The translations under genes and the position numbers were made by a program. DNA of 43,054 nucleotides, from assembly GCA_002245135.1 (NCBI GenBank), contig NGBS01000056.1:1-43054 (forward strand). The letters are read 5' to 3'. This DNA comes from Proteromonas lacertae. Lineage: Eukaryota. Positions 1 through 11,158 of the stretch are shown in pieces; the first letter of the stretch is position 1; each line of letters starts with the position of its first letter. The notes below the pieces were generated by a model, which saw nothing but the letters and a program-made list of their open reading frames with translations, was not told where the DNA came from and searched no databases.

Positions 1-569
1 TTCGACTCGTGTACATTGTACTTAACGTATTAAATCTTTGAGAAAGTAAAATTTGGTTTGCTATATAAACATCACATCTACTTTCATAATATGCTTTTAA
101 TTGTTCTTGAAAACCTTTATTAAGTGTAACTACTGATCTTTTCGCTTTTACATAATCGTAGGCTTCATAGTAGGAGTAATGACATTTATTGATTAAATAT
201 GCTATTATTTGCTGCTGATCTAGATCTACCAGCTACACAATGAACTAAACAACTTCCATTCTTTAATGCTGTGTCGATAAACAACATAGCTAATGGCACA
301 ACAGAGAGAAGATTAGACTCCTCTTTATCGTGTATTTCAATTGTCATATATGTAAAATCTTTTGGATATGTTGGTGGTATGCCTGAGATATTTAAAATGT
401 GAGTTATATTTTGAGCTCTTAAACCCTCAATGTTAAAACAAGCATGTTTAGAACCAATAAAAAGATGTGGAATGATTTGAAAAGGTATGTTATCCTAGGT
501 GCTAAAGATTTATAGTTATACTTGAACTATATTGGTATCTAATGAAATTGGTTGTCTATCGATTGGCAT
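1..569 (-). CDS. Dual-specificity protein phosphatase (3' end runs off the window)
   Basis: Manual translation from ATG 569: IIPHLFIGS...NITHILNIS...VHCVAGRSRSAA (HCxxGxxR loop)...AYLI...AYDYVKAKRSVVTLNKGFQEQL. 27-nt intron 521-495 (contains an in-frame TAA). One frameshift near 208-210. Confidence 0.9.
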
Positions 570-1110
570 TAATTGCTTTCCTTATTCAAATTTAAAAAAT
601 GAAATTTAGATTTTTAAAAAATTATTCGTTTCATGTTTGTTACATTATTTTAGTCTATTAATTCCAATATAATCGTTTCAAAAATAGGTTTATCATGTTA
701 TTCAGTCTATTATAAAAGAATTCAGACCTTAAAATAATGTAGATTAAAGATGTTCTTTACTTATTATTGAGTATAAAATACACAGATGACTATTATTTCA
801 TCAAAAATTACTATTAGGAATATTTAATACATCATAATTCATGTAATGAAATTAATTATGGTTAAAACCAAACATATGAATATTAAAATCAGTCTTACTA
901 CTCTAAATATTTTATTTAGAATAGTATTAGAATTACAGATGATGTGTTTCTATAAATATCGATAAAAGCTTGTTTGCAGTGTAAGTATAAAATCTCAGAG
1001 AAGTTATTGTTGGTAAAATGATGACGTAGTTTTTATTACATTTAAAAAATCTTTGGTCATTGAATTGTTCTTAACAAACGATTGGTTGTTTTTCAATAAA
1101 TTCTTAGTTT

Positions 1111-3329
1111 ATGAAACAATCATATTTTGTGAGTAATATAAAAGAAGAAGTGCAGTTGAGAATGGGAAACGGTGTGGCTGGTATACCTGCTATTACTGTT
1201 GGTGAAGTATCACTTTTGTTCTACTGATTCTAGTCATTAATTGACATGGACAAAAAATACGGACAATGCATATCTCATGTTGATTGCAATGGTATTAAAT
1301 ATACATATCACGATTATTTCATTAATTCCTTCAAGTACACAATGATTTTTCTATAATTACTCTAGATTTGCCAAATCATTGATAAAATTAGGATTAAAAA
1401 GATGGGACGGTGTTGATTTAATAGGATTCAATTCATTTTGAATATGTATGTGCTTACACTGGTTCAATTATCGCTGGAGGTATAGCCACAGGAATATACG
1501 CCACAAATTCACCTGCCGCCTGTTTGGATGCTGCTAAAAGATCAGATTGTACATTTATCTTAGTTGAGGGAGAAAAACAACTGAAAAAGTATCTTGAAAT
1601 CCAACCAGAATTCAAACCATTAGCGTGTATTATGTATTTATTATATATTTCCTTGTTTTTATTATAATATATAATAATTATAGTTTATAGTCATGAAAAT
1701 TGTGAAAAACCAAAAAATGCAGAATTTCCAATATATTACTATGAAGAATTTCTAGAATTAGGCACAAACGATATATCAGACACTGCAATATACGATTCAA
1801 TCAAATCACAAAAGCCCAAACCAATGTTGTGCCATTATTTTCACAAGTGGAACAGTTAGTTTACCAAAAGCAGTTTTAATCTCTCACGATAATGGTTTAT
1901 GGACTGCCAGTGACATGTGTTTATAGTTGTTTAGATGTAAGAAGTGAAGAAGAAAGAGATAAATATGAATTATTAAGATTTGTTAGTTATTTACCTTTGT
2001 CACATATTGCTGCTCAGATTGTTGATATTTATGTACCATTAAGACAGAAAAGTGAAGTTTGGTTTGCAAGACCTGATGCATTGAAAGGATCACTTGTACA
2101 GACATTGAAAGCAGTATTAATTATTTATATATATTAAATAGTGTCATCCAATATTTCATATGGGAGTTCCAAGAGTATGGGAAAAAATTAAAGATCAAAT
2201 ATATAATACATTTAAAAATTCAGTATAATTTTATAATAATAATTATTATTTTAAATTATTATACAATAGAATGGTATAAAAAAGAGTTTAATAGAATGGG
2301 CAAAATCAAAAGGTCATATACAAAGTCAGAATCTGCAATATGGTGCTGTTCATCAACCAGTGAATTGCTTAGGAATGGCTGATAGTTTATTATTCTCTAA
2401 AATCAAACAGAATTTAGGATTTGAATATATGGTTACTGGTATATCATCAGCTGCACCGATATTACCTGAAGTTATTCAATTCTTAGCTGATTTAGATATA
2501 AGAGTATATGAATTATTAGGTCAATCAGAAGGATCTGGTCCAGTAGCAACAAATTCAAAACAACAATGGAGAGTATATAATATATATATATTTATTTATT
2601 TAGATTGGTACATCTGGTCATGCTTGTCAAGGAGTTGATTTAAAACTTATTGAAGAAACAGGTGAAATAATCTACTACGGCAGGAATGTATTTATGGGTT
2701 ATAAAGATGATGAAGAATTGACCAATACAACTGGAGATAGTAATGGTTATGTTCATACTGGTGATATTGGTATAATTGATAAAGATGGATTTGTGAAAGT
2801 TACTGGAAGGATGAAAGATATTATTATTACTGCTGTATATATTATTATTATTATTATTATTATTATTGTTAATATGGTTAAATAGGGTGGTGAAAATATT
2901 CCTCCATTATATATTGAAGATAAGATCAAGAAGATTATTCCATGTATTTCAAATTGTACGTTAATTGGAGATAAGAGAAAGTTCTTATCGATGATAATGA
3001 CGCTTAAGACAATGAGTGATACTGAAGGAAATCCAAACGATGAATTGAGTAGTGAAACATTACAGTTATTAGAGCAATTAGGGAGTAAATCTAAAACGGT
3101 AAGTGAAGCTATTAATGATTCTAAGTTAAGAGAATATATTGATAAACAAATAGACTTTTATAATAAGAATTTGTCTATTTCTCAAGCTCAGAATATTAGA
3201 AAGTGGATTTTATTGGATCATGATTATGGATTATCTAGTGGAGAATTGACACCAACATTGAAAATGAAAAGGGGAGTTATTGAAGCAAAATATAACAATT
3301 TAATCAGTAAATTATATGAAACACTTTAA
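1111..3329 (+). CDS. Long-chain fatty acyl-CoA ligase, ACSBG/bubblegum-like, multi-exon
   Basis: IGFNS..AGGIATGIYATNS, IFTSGTVSLPKAVLISHDN, SYLPLSHIAAQ, YELLGQSEGSGP, HTGDIG, VTGRMKDIIITA|GGENIPP, GELTPTLKMKR. Introns include 1207-1233 and 1335-1365. Frameshifts near 1437, 1817 and 1911. Confidence 0.92.
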
Positions 3330-3439
3330 AATCTAAACATTAATTTATTTATATTATTACTTTAATGTTTAATTACGTCTGTCTTGTGTTATAATAAAAA
3401 GAAGAACCATTGAAACGAATATATTTTCAGTAATTAAAA

Positions 3440-4425
3440 ATGAATTTTTGTTTATGCTTCAGCAATATAAAGAATATTACTCAATGTAAAAAGACACTAG
3501 CAAGAGATAATGCAAATAGAACTAAGAAAATGCTAGAAAAATTAGATTTACACAAAATACCATATTTAATCTTATTAGACTCTCTTATTAATATAGAAAT
3601 GGATGATTGAATGTATTTTTATTATATTACTATACTTGTTACAGTGATTCACCATTGTATTATGAAGATTATGAAATTAGTTTAGACCATATTGTTTTTA
3701 CTTCTAATATCTCCAAAAATATAAATGATCCATCCAAAAAGAGTTTAATAGTAGGAAAAGATAACAATGAATCAACAAAAATAGCCAAATTCTTTGGATT
3801 TACCAATTATATTACATTTCAAGACTATTTAAGTGAAAGACCATATTTATGTCCTAGTTATAAATATGAAAAACGAGATGGAATAACAGTAATTGAAGAT
3901 TACAAAGATGATAAAATGAGAATAGATCAAATTATCGTTTATTCGTTTAATTATGATTGGTTATGTTTATATCAAGTGTTAATAGACATATTACGAAGTG
4001 ATGGAATCCCTGAACCAGATCATGAATCAACAGAACAAAGAATAATATGTTATATTTTGAATAATAACATAACAAAAGAATCTGAATATGAAATACCTAG
4101 ATTTACTAATGGTGCTTTTGTTTTAGGTTTAAAGAATGTATATAGAGTATGTACAGGAAGAGATATTGATGTTATTTCATTTGATCAACCAAAATTAGGA
4201 TTATATGAATTGTGTGAAGAAAGATTGAAGAATGTGGATAAGATATATATGATTGATGATAAATATGATTTATAATCTATTGATAAATGTAAAAACTGGA
4301 AATCTGTTGTGATAAACACTAAATTGGATGAAGTCGATGATGTAAGTGGAGTTGAGAATGATAAATGTATTGTTGAAGTAGTAAGACAGATATGTGAAGA
4401 AAATAATGTTATATTGAATATATAA
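3440..4425 (+). pseudogene. HAD-IIA hydrolase (HDHD5/CECR5-like), degenerate; two in-frame stops
   Basis: KKMLEKLDLHKIPYLIL, DWLCLYQVLIDILRSDG, IPRFTNGAFVLGL, KIYMIDD...WKSVVINT. Intron 3613-3644. TGA at 3608-3610 and TAA at 4273-4275 interrupt the frame. No N-terminal DxD motif. Confidence 0.6.
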
Positions 4426-4606
4426 CACTTCGGTAGCATTGTAATTAATAATTAAAGAAAAATTAGTGTATTTATTATTTTCATCTATATTCTTTTGAAT
4501 TATCTTCTTACAAATGATGATAAATAAATTTCTCTATAACTCATATATTGATTTTATTCAAAATAAATTATCAAACTTGCTTGAATAAATAATTCTTGAT
4601 TTTCTG

Positions 4607-6014
4607 ATGGAATTGCTTGCTAAATTAGCAATTTGCTATGCATTATTTTTATTTCCAGCATTATATTTTGGTTTGAAAAGAACTTTGATGTATTCATTAT
4701 TCTTTTATAATTCTAGTCTGTTTCCAACTCAACTACCATTACATTCCAATATAATAAGAGAGCAAGATGTAATTGAGGTAAATATATACAGTAGAACTGG
4801 AGATCGTTTTTCAGTTCAGGATTATCTTGAGAAGAATATATTGAAACCTCAAAATCCTTCTGATTATATAGTTAAATACAAATTTCACCAAGAAAATAGC
4901 AAAACTGAAGAAGAATGTAGTAAAATTTCTTCTTTATCTACAAATCCAAGTATTATGGAATGTAAGAATGGTGATGAAATAGTCACAGTAGTGTATGGAG
5001 CTACTCACACATTTTATCATTCACATAAATCAAAGGAAGATTGTGTAAATTACATAAATCCAATATTATCATTGTTTTATTCCAGTTCATTTGATATAAA
5101 TCGAAATGAGTTAAATAATGAGAAAATAGAAATTGGTATAACTTACATGTATCCAGTATCTATATTACCTGATATTAAAATAAATACTTCCAAAATCGAA
5201 GATAATTTAAACAAAAATTACATCAATTCAAATACAGTATTACCTATGAAAATAAGTAGTAATATTTTGCCATATTCCGAACAACAGTTCAAAATAAATA
5301 AAAAACATTACAATATTCTTCATCAATATATATTAGATGAAATATCAAATAATTTACCACTGAGTTCCTATTTTTGTAATGATATAATTATAGTAACAGA
5401 AAATGAAGAAAAAGAATCACTTTATTATGATGATAATATGGGAATAAATATAATACCAATATCAAGAGATAGTGGAAATAATAATAATGAGAAAGAAGAA
5501 AAAACAATAGAAGGAGTTGTTGAAAAACATATATTGAATTGTTTATCAATAAAAAATGAGAATAAAGAATTGTTATTGAAATATCCTTCAATGATAAATG
5601 ATGTGATATATTATTCATTGTTTAAAATATATAAAAATGAATTAATAACTTATGAATTATATTTGAAAGATGTGAAGAGTAAATGGTTTTATATTTCAGT
5701 TCCAAAAGATAGTTATAAAATATTAAAAGAAGTCCAAAAAATAATAAATGAAAGTGAGAAAGAATCAAAAATGAATGTAATAAAGAATATGAATAAAGTG
5801 AATAAAATGTTATATAGTTTATTATATTCTCCTGAATTTGCTATTCATCAACCAAGTTTACCTCCTTATCATATATTTGCCTTGTATATTCAATAACTAT
5901 CTCTATTATATGAATAGATTAGCTCCAACTCTTTTACCTTTATTAAATTCCTGGTTTCGTTTGTTTAGAGCTTCTAGAAGTAAAAAGGTTGATGTAAAAA
6001 CTAAATCTGAATAG
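4607..6014 (+). CDS. GPI transamidase subunit PIG-S/Gpi17-like
   Basis: N-terminal TM, large lumenal domain, C-terminal YSPEFAIHQPSLPPYHIFAL|LAPTLLPLL TM resembling the PIG-S C-terminus, basic tail. Intron 5884-5917; stop TAG 6012-6014. Confidence 0.6.
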
Positions 6015-6237
6015 ATTATTTTTATTTTTATTTTTGTGAAACGGATTTTTTCAACATTAATAATTCAAGCCAAAAGCTTGTAATTATTCGTTATATTTTT
6101 CATTTTATATTTTTTGAAGTGTATATCGCTTTGTATATAAGATTATTATTAGCATTACCGAAGACATCAATAGAATTAGCACTACATATCAAGTACATTA
6201 CCCAAAGCTGTTCCAACGTGAATGTTTCTATCAAAAA

Positions 6238-6502
6238 CTGTAAGATAGAAATCCAGTAGATGTTAGATGTTTTGGATTTATGGATGATTATATTATTATG
6301 AATAATTAAATGACTATAAGTAATTAATAGAATAGAATTTGATATTGATTAATAATACAATAAAAATAGTAGAAGATAGAGTAATATTGTCTTAAATCTA
6401 CATCATATTCTATTCCATTGGTTTATATTTATTTAGTTACTTATAATAATAAAATCTTACTATATCCAAAATATCGAACACCTAATGGATTTCTACATAC
6501 AG
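6238..6502. repeat. Long imperfect inverted repeat (fold-back), MITE-like
   Basis: tagaaatccagtagatgttagatgttttggat (from 6246) matches the reverse complement of the arm ending 6495 with 4 mismatches. Similarity continues inward to a loop at about 6362-6384. Confidence 0.8.
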
Positions 6503-6695
6503 ATTATTAAATTTCTACAAAACAGAGAGTAAGAATACTGTATGTATATTAGAAATTGTGATTTTGTGAATTAAAGAAAGAGAAACTCTATATTAATTAT
6601 TATGAAATGAAATTTCTAATGTTGTTTGAATGGGTAGAGAGAAATAAAAACAAATTACATAATAAAAAATAATATCATTACAAGTTATTATCAAA

Positions 6696-7995
6696 TCAAT
6701 AATTACAGTGAGCAGGAATTCGATTCACTTCTCTTTGAATACTTTTATGAAATTCTGGAACAGGTAACTATAATAAAATAATATAAATAATAATATACAC
6801 TAAGATCTTTAGCAATATTTCTAGGATTAAAAGCATCTCTTAAAAATCCTCTTCCGACTAACACTATATCAGTTTCATCATTCTCAATCAAATCATTAGC
6901 AACTTTACCATCACATATTCCACCTACTGCTGTAGTTGGAACTCCAGCTTCATGGATAGCTTTAGCATAAGGTAATTGATGACCCCATAATTTCAATAGA
7001 TTTTGTTCAGGTGAAACACCAGCAGAACTACAATCGATTAAATCAACACCATACTATTATTAATCATAATAAATGAATAATATATACATTTTCATGAATA
7101 TCTTTACTTAATTTTATTGAATCTTCTAATGTTATTCCTCCATCCACATAATCTACACAACTCAATCTCACAAATAAAGGCATATCTTCAGGCATTACTT
7201 TTCTAACTTTTAATAATATTTCTTTCAAAAATCTTGTTCGATTTTCATAACTATCACAACCATATTCATCAGTTCGTTTATTAGCAACTGGAGATAAGAA
7301 TTCATGAACTAAATAACCATGAGCAGCATGAATTTCGATAAAATCATATCCACTTTTAATAGCTATTTCAGTTGATTTTACAAATTGATCTTCTATCTCT
7401 TTTATTTCTGCAATTGTTAATTCTCTTGGAGTGTCATGTGGTTCGTGTTTTATTGCACTTGGAGCTACTAATTCCCAGCCGCCTTCATCTTTACCAAGAT
7501 TTAAATTTCTTCCTTCTTGACATGGCCTTTGAGAGCCTTTTCTTCCACTATGGCTTAACTATTTAAAAGAATATATGTAATTCTATTATTTATACTTGAA
7601 CTCCAATCTTGCAATTCTCTTCATGAACAAGATTGGTTATTCTTTTGTAAGCTGCAATACAATTTTCGTCTATCATTGTTAAATCTCTATTCATTTTCAA
7701 ATAAAATGTAATATACCTTGGTGTTATTTTACCTTGAACACATACTGCAGTTGATTCTTGAATAATTAATCCAAAACCTCTAAAAGCCATGTTTCCTACA
7801 TCAAATTAAACTGATATCAAAAATACCATAATGAACAACTTGAATATCTTGCGGAATTCCGTCTATTGCATTACTCTATTAAAAGATATTAATTTTAAAA
7901 CAAAATACTGTGATCATGGGAGAAACACCCATTCTATTTTTGAATGTAACACCTCTCAACGTGAATGAAGTGCAAAGATTTGGTTTAGCAGACAT
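6696..7995 (-). CDS. NADH:flavin oxidoreductase / old yellow enzyme (YqjM/NamA-like), multi-exon
   Basis: KNRMGVSPM, GLIIQESTAV, IGVQ|LSHSGRK, DFIEIHAAHGYLVHEFLSP..NKRTDEYG, DIVLVGRGFLRD. About six ~30-nt introns. Confidence 0.93.
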
Positions 7996-8084
7996 TTTTT
8001 GATAAACGTAAAAATGTAATAATCTTGGTAATTTTAGGTAATTTATGGATTAAACAGTATAAAGCAAGAAACAACATATAAAAA

Positions 8085-9426
8085 TCAATCAGAAATTATT
8101 AATGACATTCTAGATACACTGTTTTCAAGTAAATAAACACTATCACTTCTTTCATCCAATAATACTTTCACATTTTTCACTATTTGATAATTGATTTTAT
8201 ATTTGGAAGTGATATAATCGAATACATCTTTAGACTTAACTTTTTCTTTATAAGGAATAAACTCATCATACAATAAAGCATTACATAAATGTAAATCTAT
8301 TTTTTCTATAATATCATTCAATTCATCTTCACTTTTTATCTTCATCTTAATATTATAAAGAAATTCTATTATTGAATTACAATTATCTAAATCTAATATA
8401 ATTCTTTTATTATAAATTAAATGGTTAAGAATCACATTCATATCATGAAAATTAACGCTAAATCCATTCTCAATAAAATGTAATAACAAATAACAATATT
8501 TAATTTTTCTTTTAACATTAGGATTGTATATTATTGTTCTATTTAATATACATTTAATACTATTTTCACTACAGTATATTTCATTACCATCATATCCAAT
8601 TTGATTGACATATATATCATGAGAAAAAATAATATCGTCTTTGTTAATGAAACTATATACAATTATATTGATTCTTTTAATAGGATAATCACTAATTACG
8701 GATATTACATGTGATGTGATAATAATATAAGGATTATAATGATGCAATATATCTTTAAAATATTCTATTATCTCTTTAATTCTGTTTTTGCTATTTTCAT
8801 GATTTAATCCATATATACAGATGTTTATTGAATTTATTGGTTTTTCTATAATATTCAAACATTTCAATATATATTCTCCTGTTACCAATATATTATTCCA
8901 CTTTATTTCATTAAAAATATTGTTACTAAACTTCATAAAGTTTTTAGTAAATGTTTTTTTTTCTTTAACAATATCATAAGTATATATTTTACCAAAATTA
9001 AACTCCAAACTATTACTTTTATTAATTATCACATCTTTTAATATATTCGATTGTACTTTCTTAAAGTACATAAATATATCAGGAGGAATTTCTGGTAGTA
9101 TTAATGATTTTTCAGAAATATATGTATTTGAACTTTTTCTGTTTGATATTTCTGATTGTATCACGTAAGGAGATTGTGCTAAAATATTAATCTTCATCAT
9201 ATCACTTGAACTATACAAAAACCAGTAGATCGATATATTATATCTACAATGACTGAGTTCTGTGCATCACTGTTCTTACTGATTTTATTACATCTTTACT
9301 AATTACAGGTTTCAATAAATTAGCAGTTTGTCTAATTGGTAAAGCTTCTGTTGATATGGTTCTGACCAATCTTTTATTTTCAACACTTTTAGCTATTTCT
9401 ATTGGTAATTTATGTAATAATGGCAT
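8085..9426 (-). CDS. Nucleotidyltransferase-fold-like uncharacterised protein, catalytic motifs degenerate
   Basis: ORFs 9244-9426 and 8085-9218 are joined in frame by a 37-nt intron 9247-9211. WNNILVTGEYILKCL...INICIYGL...SDYPIKRINII...HDIYVNQIGYDGNEIY resembles the W.NV.VAGG/DIDLFLYGL/FDVD...YDG family I recall from fungi, amoebae and giant viruses. Confidence 0.6.
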
Positions 9427-9535
9427 TTATAGAAGAAAAAAACACGATTAAAATATTGAAACGACTATATATTTTAAAATTAAAAAAATCATTTCTTTAA
9501 AATCGCTAATTAGATGTAATAATAAATAAAAATAT

Positions 9536-9585
9536 GAAATTGATATGAAGAAAGTAGTGTGAAATTGATATGAAGAAAGTAGTGT
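9536..9585. repeat. Exact 25-bp tandem duplication
   Basis: gaaattgatatgaagaaagtagtgt twice (9536-9560, 9561-9585). Confidence 0.9.
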
Positions 9586-10184
9586 CAAATAATGTGTTAT
9601 AATGAATAATAGGTATGCAATTTATAATAATGAAAGAAAGGCGGTTATAAGCACGTTTTTTTGTTTCATTTTTTTACAAATCTATGTTAGAATGTTAGAC
9701 TTTTGTCTATGTGATTGTTTTGACATGTTAAAAAGTAATTGAATTGAATTTGGGGATGACAACAAACCTTACAATTCAATTGGAGTTGAAATAGTTCATG
9801 ATTATACCCCTTCTCTTTTTTGATTGTATATTCTTATAATTCAGTCAAAGAGAAAAAATGAATTTCAGTATAAACTTAAGAATGTTATAATATTCTATCA
9901 AGATAAGAAGATATTTCAAAAAAAAATCAAGCTTGTCAAACTTGACAGTTTTTTTTTATTTCAGAAAATCAAAATGTAAGTACTATATATATATATATAT
10001 TATTCTCTATCTCTTAGCTACATCATATCATCGCTGCTTATATCAATAATGTAATTATTTCATCATTTAAACTACTTGATTCATATTAAAGACAGGAATT
10101 TAAAAAAATGAAAACATAATTTTAATCAAACCACGGCTTGTGTAAATTTTCGTATTTGCTGTATTTTTTCACGCAATAGGCATA

Positions 10185-10302
10185 TAATAACAAAATAAAT
10201 TGGAGGTCCTAACTGCAGTTATTATGCATTATAGTTTGGACCTCAAAATAATCATAAAATAAAGAAATAAAAGCCCTAATTAAAGGGCGCTCAAAATTTG
10301 AA
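10185..10302 (+). repeat. Dispersed degenerate repeat, copy 1
   Basis: 10185-10231 matches 16572-16618 at 41/47 nt; GCTCAAAATTTGAA at 10289 recurs exactly at 16786. Confidence 0.75.
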
Positions 10303-11158
10303 AGGCCGTTCAATTCGCAACTTTCCAAAGAAAGGTATTAATAATTCTATTGCCTGAATTAAGTATAACACTCTCCATATCTTTGTCGCTGTGTATAGGA
10401 GCTAAATGCTTAATTAATACATAATTTCGGTATAAATAAGGGTTATAGATCATGTCACATAGGATGGTCACTATATGATGTCATATCACACCCTAAGGGT
10501 CAAAAACCATTATAGGGTTTCCAATACAAAACCCCCAAAAAATAGGGGTTTCAAATTGTATTGATTTCCCTTTATTATTCATTATTATTTAGTTATAGAT
10601 ATAGTATATAATTGTTCTATTATATAGAATATTGTTGCTTAAAGTATTTGTAATATTTACTTTTGGGAAATGATTGTTGCTTTATTAAAACAGTTACTGG
10701 ATAACATAATAGATAATGTATTTGATGAATATATGCAATTAGCAATTGAAGAAGAACAGGTTGAAGAATTTACATTAACACTAAATTGTTTAAAATGAGA
10801 AATACAATTACAGAGAAGATTGAGATTTAACATATCATCATTATACAATAATAATCTTCAAAAACGTTGATTAATCTATATACATCAACACTCCTAAAGT
10901 TATAAAATTAAAAAAAATAGTCGGTTTGTTTTTGATTATTCTTCAATTTTATGGGTTTTAGGGGGAGCTATGGTAAAATAAAGTAATATTACATAATGTG
11001 ATCGTATTTTCCTTTCAAATAAACAAAAAAAAATTAAAATTACAAAATTCATTGGTTAATTGTTGGAATGATTTCATTGGTTATTATTCTATTGTTTATA
11101 TCTCCATTGTTATTAAAAATTCGGTATTTATTATCATTTATTCTTATTATTTAGATAA

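Noticed and set aside
634..641. Blastocystis TGTTTGTT motif and polyadenylation-created stop codons
   Set aside because: The exact motif here does not follow a + strand gene, and every complete gene in the window has a genomic stop codon.
3608..4275. Genome-wide stop codon reassignment
   Set aside because: TAA (3327), TAG (6012) and TGA (35435) all end genes normally, and multi-kb ORFs contain no internal stops.
9536..9585. CRISPR-like array
   Set aside because: Only two adjacent copies with no spacer, in eukaryotic DNA.
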